Of a stretch of 64,000 nucleotides of DNA, positions 40,718 through 48,902 are shown piece after piece. The position numbers were made by a program, and so were the translations under genes. Position 1 is the stretch's first letter; every line of letters begins with the position of its first letter. This DNA is from an uncultured archaeon. Its GTDB lineage: Archaea; Thermoproteota; Bathyarchaeia; Bathyarchaeales; Bathycorpusculaceae. The stretch covers positions 1-64,000 of the forward strand of contig CAWENF010000021.1 of the NCBI GenBank assembly GCA_963810275.1, given 5' to 3'. The notes under the pieces were generated by a model that was not told where the DNA came from, searched no databases, and was given only the letters and a program-made list of their open reading frames with translations.

Positions 40718-41641
40718 CTAAGAAAATAGAATGGGTTGAATCCTCTCAACGTCCTCTTTTGCTTGGGCGTTTAGCGGGTTCAGCTTTATTTCTCCTGCAG
40801 ATCTGACGCCGAACCCTAACTCCGCAGCTTTTTTAATTTGGTCCTGCTCAAAGACCGGTTCAGACCCCACTTTTCCTTTTGCGCCATACATTTTGAGTAT
40901 GGCTACGCCTACTGCGTCTATTGCTACGCGGTCGCGGCTGGCTAAAAGCAGGTTCGGCTCAACAATTTCGCCCTTTTCAGGTCCTTCTGATATGAAAGCT
41001 TTAATGCCGTCCATTAACACTGCGTCTGAGTTGTAGTTGGCGTTGATTTCAGCTATCATCTGGCGCTGGTAAGGCGATCCATGCAGCTCCCACATATAAT
41101 CATAAATACCGCCAGGTACTTTTTTCGCAACCATACCTACAGAGTTTTTCATGGATAATGTGAAGTGACCGCCGAAACGGTGGGTTTTTAGGCAGCAGGT
41201 GTTGATGACTTTGTCGGCGTCTTGGAACACCCTTGAGAGGTAAAAGCCTCGTATCCAGTGGCTGCCTTTGTGTTCGAATTTTAACCAGTCGTCTTTTGGG
41301 ACCTCATTTAAAACTACAACCTTAAAGCCCAACTCTTCGGATAACGATAAAACGCCCATTTGTTCCAGCACTTCACGGGTATTGCCCATACCGCTGCGTT
41401 CAGCCATAATAATTTCGGATGCTCCTGCAGTTTTTATGGTTTCCACAATTGCTCGAAGTGTGTCTAGGTGTGTGGATGCGGGGAAGGGGTCAGCGCTGTT
41501 GTAATTGGCTTTCAGAGCCACGGTTTTAGCGGAGAAATCCTGTATATCGAATTGTTTTAGCAGTTGGGGGATTCCTGTTTTTCGGTCGGTTGTTCTGAGT
41601 AGGTAGACTTCGCTTGTTGGATTTGTCAAAGAATTCGCCAT
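40718..41641 (-). CDS. DUF362 family protein
   Basis: VALKAN, STH, LKTH, TLSMKN, DG..A...EGP and DRVAIDA. Confidence 0.8.
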   Translation of the reverse strand: MANSLTNPTSEVYLLRTTDRKTGIPQLLKQFDIQDFSAKTVALKANYNSADPFPASTHLDTLRAIVETIKTAGASEIIMAERSGMGNTREVLEQMGVLSLSEELGFKVVVLNEVPKDDWLKFEHKGSHWIRGFYLSRVFQDADKVINTCCLKTHRFGGHFTLSMKNSVGMVAKKVPGGIYDYMWELHGSPYQRQMIAEINANYNSDAVLMDGIKAFISEGPEKGEIVEPNLLLASRDRVAIDAVGVAILKMYGAKGKVGSEPVFEQDQIKKAAELGFGVRSAGEIKLNPLNAQAKEDVERIQPILFS

Positions 41642-41821
41642 AGAAAGTTAGGTTTGGGATGTTATTAGGTTTGTTTGCTACAAGCTGAAGCTACAAAGCA
41701 ATACGTTTGTTTCGGCAACTGGTAGAAAGCATTTTTGGAGACATAGGGTGATGGATAGCAAACATTAGCGGCTGAAACCGCAATCTCTATATTTGCCAAT
41801 GAAACCTTAAAAAAGGCGCAT

Positions 41822-41899
41822 GGGCCCGTGGCTCAGTCAGGCTAGAGCGGAGGACTCTTAATCCTTAGGTCGCGGGTTCAATTCCCGTCGGGCCCGCCA
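41822..41899 (+). tRNA. tRNA-Lys(CTT), CCA encoded; integration target
   Basis: GGGCCCGTGGCTCAG...GAGGACTCTTAATCCTT...GGTTCAATTCCC...GGGCCCGCCA. Confidence 0.93.
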
Positions 41900-41906
41900 T
41901 ACCAGT
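41893..41906 (+). repeat. Left target-site duplication overlapping the tRNA 3' end
   Basis: CCCGCCATACCAGT vs CCCGCCACACCAGT at 50245-50258 (13/14); extendable to 17/18 (41892-41909 vs 50244-50261). Confidence 0.85.
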
Positions 41907-42214
41907 CACACACAAAACAAAATCAATAGCTGGGTCAAATTCGATTTCCTCACCGTCCTAGACACAATTAACGACCAACAGCTAAGTTCAATTTCTGTCG
42001 CTCTAACTAAGCTATTCACAAACCTCGTTCTATAGTAATGGAATAAACGTATTATCAAAAAGAGGTGTCAAATCTATAATTGCCGATATTTTTTGAATAA
42101 GCATAGATATTAAATGTTTTATGGTTTAGGATCGTTATGAGATCGATTACTATGGATTAACTTAAAATTACGCATTTAGAAAAAGTCTAACTTTTTGAAT
42201 TAGCTAAAACAAAT

Positions 42215-42234
42215 ACACCAGTCACACACACAGT
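42215..42234 (+). repeat. Internal partial target copy plus left-end repeat
   Basis: ACACCAGT followed by CACACACACAGT; matches the reverse complement of the right end (CACACACACACGT) apart from one C. Confidence 0.7.
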
Positions 42235-42370
42235 GTATCGTTGTAGTAGTAACCATACAATCACAAAACTGTAAATTGTTACAAACGCTAATTCATATTA
42301 ATTGTTCATAAACAATTTCTATAGAATGTGTTTCTATAGAGGTTAACGATATATAGTAGTGATTGGCTAT

Positions 42371-42523
42371 ATGGGTAAAACAAGCCAAATTGGAGAGAAA
42401 ACAAAAATGTCAAAACACGTTTGCCTTAATGTAAGTGCAACAGGACGAGCGGCATTAGAACAATCAGTTGAGCGTCTAATATCGCAGAACAAAAAAGTTT
42501 TTGACAATCTAGCTAAAAGTTAA
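42371..42523 (+). CDS. 50-aa putative antitoxin of Doc (not in ORF track)
   Basis: Immediately upstream of the Doc gene; C-terminal helix ...ISQNKKVFDNLAKS resembles the 'l..LAk' tail of Doc-partner antitoxins. Confidence 0.65.
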   Translation: MGKTSQIGEKTKMSKHVCLNVSATGRAALEQSVERLISQNKKVFDNLAKS

Positions 42524-42549
42524 AAGCTCAACATCTCACTCTTTTATAT

Positions 42550-43164
42550 ATGGAAATATCGCTAACCGAAGAATGGCTCAAGCAGCTTTACGGTGTATTA
42601 GTCAATTTTTATAGGCGTAGTGAAGACCCAGTAAAGTCAGCCTATCCTTTCCCTGACTTTAATGACGCTATGCTAAACGTTTGTGTTAAAAGACCGCAAA
42701 CCAAAGTTTTTGGGCATGTAATATACCCTCATCCACTTCAGAGAGCAGCGGTTATTATGCATTCTATCGTAAATTTCCATCCGTTTGTTGATGGCAATAA
42801 AAGAATGGCTCTGTTAGCAACATACTACTACTTAATTTGGAACGGTTATACCTTCAATATACCTCGCGATGCTGATGATTTTACGATTATGGTTGCTAAA
42901 GATAAGTTGGGGCTAAATGAGGTGCTTCAATGGCTTGTTAAAAATACTAGCCGCAGTTGGTCAAATGTTGTGAGACAATGGATGTGCCGTCTTAGTGTTG
43001 GTAAAGATGGTGCAGTTCCCACTTCTGATATTTTCGCTGGTGAAGCAACAATAATAATTTTCATGCCACTAACTGGTTTTGCTTTCTTTAGGTGGAAGCT
43101 TGAAGAACATAAGCGGCGAAAGGCTCAAGGTTCAACTGTTGAAAAAGCAATTCATAAAGTCTAA
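42550..43164 (+). CDS. doc: Doc-type Fic-family toxin
   Basis: HPFVDGNKR motif (Doc variant with K), preceded by RP...FG...YP..L..AA. Confidence 0.85.
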   Translation: MEISLTEEWLKQLYGVLVNFYRRSEDPVKSAYPFPDFNDAMLNVCVKRPQTKVFGHVIYPHPLQRAAVIMHSIVNFHPFVDGNKRMALLATYYYLIWNGYTFNIPRDADDFTIMVAKDKLGLNEVLQWLVKNTSRSWSNVVRQWMCRLSVGKDGAVPTSDIFAGEATIIIFMPLTGFAFFRWKLEEHKRRKAQGSTVEKAIHKV

Positions 43165-43217
43165 GTGGCAAGCTGATAATTTAGCTAGTTCTGATTCTAA
43201 CAACTTCCAGATTTTAC

Positions 43218-43817
43218 TTAGATATCCAGAAAAACATTTCCGTAGAAAGTCACCTCTTTCAATATAATGCGTTCTGTATTCTCAAGCGTTGCTTTGAAAG
43301 TAACTTGACCAATGTGATATGTTCCATGCTCAACATTATCAAAATCAGGTAATGCTGATATACTCAGCGGAACGCTGAAGTTCAACTTGTTCAAGCCAGA
43401 AATAACTGGTTGATCATGAAATTTGCGATCAGAATTAAATGCATTATTAAATTCTACAAATGTTCCTTTTTTGAAAAGAGGTTCGTTATCCAGTACAAAT
43501 GTTTCTGTGTCTATTCTTGCAGTTCCAAAATATGGCGTAAATATTATTAGTTCACAATTGAAATCTCCTGAATATACAATTGGGTTGCTTGTATCGCCAC
43601 TCGCATGATCTTGATCGCTTTTTAAAGAAATGTAATCAGGTATTGGAATAATATTAGGTGAATAATCGGATAACTTGTTCTGTAATTCCAGACTTTTCTG
43701 TGCTATTGTATTTGCTTGACTATAATAATAGAAGCCAATACCCGCAACAAGTATGCTTACAATCAAGCTTACAACGCTTATCATGAGTGCAAGATCCACT
43801 GTTTTCGCCTCAGTCAT
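43218..43817 (-). CDS. Membrane-anchored hypothetical protein
   Basis: N-terminal TM, short coil, beta-rich body. Confidence 0.65.
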   Translation of the reverse strand: MTEAKTVDLALMISVVSLIVSILVAGIGFYYYSQANTIAQKSLELQNKLSDYSPNIIPIPDYISLKSDQDHASGDTSNPIVYSGDFNCELIIFTPYFGTARIDTETFVLDNEPLFKKGTFVEFNNAFNSDRKFHDQPVISGLNKLNFSVPLSISALPDFDNVEHGTYHIGQVTFKATLENTERIILKEVTFYGNVFLDI

Positions 43818-43894
43818 GAAGCATTATCTATCTTATTTTCTATATTTAATTTTTTAATTTTTTGATAATGGGCATTTAAAATCTAATCTAAAAG

Positions 43895-44788
43895 TCATAA
43901 TTCTTTAAAATCATAGTTTATCCATTTTGAAAGCCAAGTAATTGTATCTATATCACCTTGGATTATCTCGGCTCGTCCGCTCAGAACTACTAGAGCTTCA
44001 GTTATGGAATTGAGTTGAACTTGCTGTCTATAGGGCAAAGACCCCGTAGATTTAGAAAGCAACTCTTCATAAACACGCAACTGACGAAGCAAATGCTCAG
44101 GACAAATCACCTGTTTGGGTTTTCTAACGACAGAAAACTTCACACCTTCGATTGCATCAGCCCTTCCAGAATCAATCGCGTCCATTACAATTTGAGTAGT
44201 TGAAACTGAATGACTAAAACTAAAAGGCAAAAGCCTAGACAAAAACCCAGTACCCTTCCATGCCCGATTGAACTCTTCAAAATTAGAATTAGTAGTAGCC
44301 GTAATCAATCCAGCCTTAACAGGTTTTTCAGATTTAAACTCCAAATGATAAGATGAAAGATCAACAACGCCTTCCTCAGTCATACTTCTCAAAACCGCTA
44401 TCAGCGTATTTCTTGTGTTTTTGCCATGACTCATGCAATTAGTAAAATCAGGAACAACCAAAAACTTCTTTTCACTATTCGTAACCTTGCCTAAAAAATC
44501 AACCAAATATTTAGGAGTAATATCATTAACATAACTCACTTCCTTAAGCTTAGCTAATGGGGAAAGTAAACGTGTTTTGCCAATGCCAGCTTGCCCAATC
44601 AAAAGAAGAGAAAGCGGTTTAGGGCAAGACTTCAAAAAAGCTGTCTGAACAACCAAATTTTCAATTAACAAAATGGGGTAATCAGAGTGGGTCACTTGCC
44701 CAAAAAAGGTACTCTGCATATCAGGGTTACTTTTAGAGGTAAGTGGGTCACTCTGGCACTTTACGATACCCTTTCTCTGTTTTTTCAT
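43895..44788 (-). CDS. AAA+ ATPase, MCM-related putative replicative helicase
   Basis: Walker A GQAGIGKT, Walker B FLVVPD, LRSMTEEG, sensor-1 LITATT and Arg finger GFLSRL. Confidence 0.7.
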   Translation of the reverse strand: MKKQRKGIVKCQSDPLTSKSNPDMQSTFFGQVTHSDYPILLIENLVVQTAFLKSCPKPLSLLLIGQAGIGKTRLLSPLAKLKEVSYVNDITPKYLVDFLGKVTNSEKKFLVVPDFTNCMSHGKNTRNTLIAVLRSMTEEGVVDLSSYHLEFKSEKPVKAGLITATTNSNFEEFNRAWKGTGFLSRLLPFSFSHSVSTTQIVMDAIDSGRADAIEGVKFSVVRKPKQVICPEHLLRQLRVYEELLSKSTGSLPYRQQVQLNSITEALVVLSGRAEIIQGDIDTITWLSKWINYDFKEL

Positions 44789-45150
44789 TGTAAATCCTTC
44801 CGACTGTAGATGTATCTGAGCCTCACGCTGGGTTCTTCAAACAGTTTATTCCACTCAGAAAGGTGGGAATCTATTCTTGCACGATTAAACTCAACACGCC
44901 GACAATCATCCCCCAAAAGCCACTGTAAAAAGTTAGCCGCTTTCGCTTCTATTGATTGGTTGAGTTCAATGTAGAAGTGTTGCCCTTTGTTTTTGCTGTT
45001 GCAGACTTGGATCGTTTCAACGGTTAGATTGAGCTTCTTGCATGAATGTAGTATTGTTTGGATGTATTGTTTTATCCAGCTTTGGCTTGCCATACAATCT
45101 CTATCGATCTTTAGAAGTTTAGTTTTTGAATTTACGTTTCTTCTTTGCAT
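44785..45150 (-). CDS. Minimal archaeo-eukaryotic primase (AEP)-like protein
   Basis: LKIDRD (DxD), SKNKGQHFYI (SxxGxH) and LLGDD in AEP motif order; stop overlaps the ATPase start. Confidence 0.5.
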   Translation of the reverse strand: MQRRNVNSKTKLLKIDRDCMASQSWIKQYIQTILHSCKKLNLTVETIQVCNSKNKGQHFYIELNQSIEAKAANFLQWLLGDDCRRVEFNRARIDSHLSEWNKLFEEPSVRLRYIYSRKDLQ

Positions 45151-45535
45151 AAGTTAGCACCTTTGAAGGAAGCTCATAGGCTTTCCATCGACTGCGTTTT
45201 CCTACACCTTCCATTTGTCTTGCTTCTATACTGATTAATTCCTGTGTCTTCTCTGCATTTTGTTCGCGTTCAAAAGCTATTCTGATTCTTCCTTTAGGTA
45301 TCCAGCGTTTGAATTTACGATAGACCGTCTGCTGAAAATGAACCACACACCGCTTAGCTAAGTATTTACGTACATCTCTAATAGCACCTTTTTGTGCCAC
45401 TTTATAGTGCATTTCATACTCTTTCACCCCACTTGCACAACCGTCATACCACACACTTGCAATGGTCATGCGATAAACTCTAACAGGCGCTTTTAGAGAA
45501 AAAGAAGGTGGCTGAGCCACTATTTGGTGACTCAT
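45119..45535 (-). CDS. Basic hypothetical protein in the replication operon
   Basis: Overlaps both neighbours; K/R-rich. Confidence 0.65.
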   Translation of the reverse strand: MSHQIVAQPPSFSLKAPVRVYRMTIASVWYDGCASGVKEYEMHYKVAQKGAIRDVRKYLAKRCVVHFQQTVYRKFKRWIPKGRIRIAFEREQNAEKTQELISIEARQMEGVGKRSRWKAYELPSKVLTYAKKKRKFKN

Positions 45536-45876
45536 GTTGGTATCTCCTTTGATTTGGTTGGTTGTGCGTAGAGTACGGTTCTTTGTTCGCCTTTGACATT
45601 TTCTGTGCGTTTTTGTATCTTGACTGTTTTCCCTATCCAGTCATCGCCGTTGGAGCCAAAAGTAGTTACTAGTCTATCGTTGGAAGTGCTGTTTAATGTC
45701 CATCGGTAAGCCTTGCCGTCATGTTTTAGTTTAACTACAATCTGTGTTTGTTCTTTGCCAAATTTGCTTTCTTCTGCCGCTATAATTGAAGGTTGTTCAG
45801 TGATTATCGCTGTCTCTTCTTCTTTTATTTCCGCAGAGTTCAAGAAAGGCTGCTTTATTCTAATGGGAATATTCAA
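45532..45876 (-). CDS. Virus-type OB-fold single-stranded DNA-binding protein (putative)
   Basis: SKFG and LNSTS..RL...FG...DDWIGKTV pattern typical of phage/archaeal-virus SSB-like proteins. Confidence 0.55.
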   Translation of the reverse strand: MNIPIRIKQPFLNSAEIKEEETAIITEQPSIIAAEESKFGKEQTQIVVKLKHDGKAYRWTLNSTSNDRLVTTFGSNGDDWIGKTVKIQKRTENVKGEQRTVLYAQPTKSKEIPT

Positions 45877-46049
45877 AATATTTCGCCTCCCATTAGCTGA
45901 ACGAAACTGGTCAAGGATTTGGAAATCGATTTTCTTTTAAAATCTATTTTGTTTTTGTTTTTTGCTGACATTTTTGTCACACGATAAGGATAGACTTTGA
46001 ATAATTTCACGAGTTTGTGGCAAAAAAACTCAGAATATCTATGTGGAGT

Positions 46050-46107
46050 TGAGAGTAACTCTCAGTCTTAAAATGAATTTTACCATACTATTGAGAGCAA
46101 CTCTCAA
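46050..46107. promoter_or_regulatory. Two palindromic operators TGAGAG-N3-CTCTCA between divergent genes
   Basis: TGAGAGTAACTCTCA (46050-46064) and TTGAGAGCAACTCTCAA (46091-46107). Confidence 0.7.
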
Positions 46108-46126
46108 AAGCTAACAGTTCATAACA

Positions 46127-46960
46127 TTGTGTGAAGGTGGCGAATTGAGCGAGCAAAAAGATATGTCTGATTTAATTAAAGCAGCTCTCGATGAAGGAAC
46201 AAAGGATTCAGCTGAACTCGAGAAAAAGACCGAGGAAATGTGGCTTAAATTCAAGAAATCGCCTTTTCCATCCTCAACTTATTACCGTCACCTTAACAAT
46301 CTCCAAAAAATTCATGAAATAAAAAAAACCAAAATTATTCGTTATGAACTTGTTATAGACAATATAGACTCAAAGATTGAAGATTGTATAAGAGCAATTA
46401 ATAGTTCCAAGAATGAGGAAATATTATCATCGCGACTGTCACAACTTGAAGGTTTGCTGATTAATAAAAAAATTTCAATGTATCCAGATGTGCTGACTTG
46501 TTTAAGCTCGTCTATTGATAATAAATTAATAACAGAAAATTTGGAAACCTTCAAAGTTCTCGTAGATATTTTGTCTCATAAACTGTATTCTACATCAGAA
46601 CCTCTGAATTCCAACGAAGATTACAAAATAAGAGACAATATTTCGCTAAAACTAATTAATTTATTAAAAGACAAATCCTTGGAATATCTGCGTTATTCCC
46701 TTACCCTGTTAGGTTACACTACCAAGAAAGAGGCTGTAGATTTAATATTTCAAAAAATAAACAGCGACCCCTTGAAAGCACTTAACGGTGTTAGCGATTC
46801 TCTTTCATCAGGTTACGCCAGAGCCTTAGCAAAACTTGAAGATTCGAATAATAGGCTTATACAGCAAGGATTTGACCAATTAATAAATTCAGGCGAAGAA
46901 ACTAAAATCAAGGTTGGAAAGTTACTAAGAAAACGAGTGGCAAATGAGGATTTATTTTAA
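46127..46960 (+). CDS. Winged-helix protein with a helical C-terminal domain, putative repressor
   Basis: L.EG....AEL...FPSSTYYRHLNNLQKIHEIKK...YEL wHTH pattern; divergent from the replication operon. Confidence 0.6.
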   Translation: MCEGGELSEQKDMSDLIKAALDEGTKDSAELEKKTEEMWLKFKKSPFPSSTYYRHLNNLQKIHEIKKTKIIRYELVIDNIDSKIEDCIRAINSSKNEEILSSRLSQLEGLLINKKISMYPDVLTCLSSSIDNKLITENLETFKVLVDILSHKLYSTSEPLNSNEDYKIRDNISLKLINLLKDKSLEYLRYSLTLLGYTTKKEAVDLIFQKINSDPLKALNGVSDSLSSGYARALAKLEDSNNRLIQQGFDQLINSGEETKIKVGKLLRKRVANEDLF

Positions 46961-46961
46961 C

Positions 46962-48176
46962 TCACTGGATTAATTTAGATGCAACAGTTTGATAAACTTT
47001 GAAGGGTCGATTGGTTTTAGCGTTTTTACGTAAATAATGCAATGTACTTTTCCCTATGCCTAATTCTTTTGCTTGACTTTGACTTAATCCTATTATTCGC
47101 TTTCTTAAATCCTTATTATCTGTTCTATGTAGGTTTGGTTTTGGCTCGTTAAAATCTAACTTTTTAGTTTTGCCTGATAAGTAACGTGCCAATTCTTGTG
47201 TTTTGCGAAGAATAATTGTATCCCATTTGCAGGTTATGCCTTTGTAATTGGTTCCAATGTTGAAGCGTTCTTGGAAGAGTTTTAGAAAGCTTCTTTTTGC
47301 TTCCTGATCTATGTGGTAGCGGTAATCGTTGCCTAAGAAATAGAAATCCTGCAAATCTAAAACTCCCGATTCAAACGCCTCTAAAACAGTAACATCAGCT
47401 AACCACCTAAAAGGTTCCTGCAAATCATAAACCAGTGACTGCTTAGTCTGGTAGTTACTATATTCATGCAAAAAGCCTATTGAAGGCTCTAATCCTACTG
47501 TGTTTATAGCTTTTCTACAGTAGCCTTCCAGCACACCGTAAGCATAGTTTAGTGTTAGGTTGATGGGGTCGGTTGCATTGCTGTTGTGGCTGCCTGTTGT
47601 TCTGCCTTGAAAATCAAAACACTCAGGAATGACTGATTTTATTGCTTGCCAGTATCTTAGGGTTACTCTGCCTTCTACTGTTCGTATTTGGCTAACTGTT
47701 TTAGCTTGAAGCAGTCTTAGTTGTTCGGTTTTTGCTATTTTTAGGTGCTTGGTTATGTCGTATTTTTCTGCTATCCAGTTTAGAACTTGGATGTTTCGCT
47801 GTATTTTTGCTTCTATGAAGACTTTTGCTATTTGGGTTTGTTTTTCTTTGTTTAGTGAGGCTTGGATTTGTGATAGTTTGGTATCGACTTTTACGGGTGT
47901 AGGTGGCAGAATGCTTGAAATTATTGTTCCATCAAAATCTAGAATAAAGGTTGGTATGTTGTTTTTTGAGAGCCAGTGAAAGGCTTGAAGTGAAATGTAT
48001 CCGCTGTGTCCGTCTATTATTATTGTGTCGTAGGGGATTTTTCTTGGTGTAAAGGTGTAGGTTTCGGTTTTTGTTTTGGGTGTATCTTTTCCGTTTGTTA
48101 TGGTTAGTTCTGATCTGTTTTTGAGGTTGTCTGTTTTTATTTTTATGCCGTATCCGTTTAGTTGTAGCAGATTCAC
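46962..48176 (-). CDS. cas1: Stand-alone Cas1 endonuclease with C-terminal HTH (casposase-like)
   Basis: G.ISLQAFHWL, EGRVTLRYW (E), NLTLNYAY, GLEPSIGFLH (H), SLVYDLQEPFR (D/E); tail AKELGIGKSTLHYLRK; no cas2 or array nearby. Confidence 0.92.
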   Translation of the reverse strand: MNLLQLNGYGIKIKTDNLKNRSELTITNGKDTPKTKTETYTFTPRKIPYDTIIIDGHSGYISLQAFHWLSKNNIPTFILDFDGTIISSILPPTPVKVDTKLSQIQASLNKEKQTQIAKVFIEAKIQRNIQVLNWIAEKYDITKHLKIAKTEQLRLLQAKTVSQIRTVEGRVTLRYWQAIKSVIPECFDFQGRTTGSHNSNATDPINLTLNYAYGVLEGYCRKAINTVGLEPSIGFLHEYSNYQTKQSLVYDLQEPFRWLADVTVLEAFESGVLDLQDFYFLGNDYRYHIDQEAKRSFLKLFQERFNIGTNYKGITCKWDTIILRKTQELARYLSGKTKKLDFNEPKPNLHRTDNKDLRKRIIGLSQSQAKELGIGKSTLHYLRKNAKTNRPFKVYQTVASKLIQ

Positions 48177-48187
48177 TTAACGCACCT

Positions 48188-48259
48188 TTTTGATACCAAT
48201 ATGGTATAATGATAACGCTAATATTAAGGTAGCTATTTTATACTTTTTAGGTATCAAAA
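48188..48259. promoter_or_regulatory. Putative RHH operator in the cas1/RHH divergent promoter
   Basis: Palindrome ATACCA-ATA-TGGTAT (48193-48207) and inverted pair TTTTGATACC (48188) / GGTATCAAAA (48250). Confidence 0.5.
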
Positions 48260-48408
48260 TGGTTAAGGCAATGTCTCTGAGGCTTCCTGATGAAATAGAC
48301 AATAAACTTGAAACCGCAATCAAAAAAGGAAATGCAATAACTAAAACCGAACTAATAAGAAGAGCAATTTCCGAATTTATCGAAAAACATCCAGAAACCT
48401 TCTCCTAA
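48259..48408 (+). CDS. CopG/ribbon-helix-helix DNA-binding protein
   Basis: MSLRLPDEIDNKLE...TKTELIRRAISEFI. Confidence 0.85.
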   Translation: MVKAMSLRLPDEIDNKLETAIKKGNAITKTELIRRAISEFIEKHPETFS

Positions 48409-48902
48409 AAAAGAAATAAGCGAACATGCATTATTCGATTTTCTGCATGTTTTTCGGTTGTTTTATTCTGATTTTTTGCTTGTTAGTGATTTTTTCAATT
48501 GCTTTTCTTGTTCTTTTTGCATGGATTCTTGTTGTTTTATTGTCTTTATGCTCTTTACGGTTGTTAAACATTAAGTTGTTTTTTCTTTGTTTTCTTATTT
48601 ATTTTTGTTCGGTTGATTGTTTCTTGTTCTTTTATGAATTTTGAGATCTGTAACCAATTTTTGGGTTAATGCCTTCCTTCAATCTGTCAAGTGCCTTTAT
48701 GCAAGCAGATTTGATTACATGTCACTTTTTAATTGGTGACAATCTATCTCCTTATGTTTGGAGTTTATGCAACTGCACTCATTTCTTTAACATTGAATAA
48801 GGAATTTGAACTAATAAAGAAAACAGTTGATATCTAATTCGTAACATTTTTTTATTTAAAGGTGATTTCTTTGAAATATACGAATTATCATTTTTCACTT
48901 TT

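Noticed and set aside
44785-45150. HUH rolling-circle Rep
   Set aside because: The motif is HFY, not HxH, and there is no downstream YxxK; an AEP-like reading fits better.
48426-48644. Hydrophobic 72-aa ORF
   Set aside because: It arises from a T-rich low-complexity tract; probably non-coding or the opposite strand of a decayed gene.
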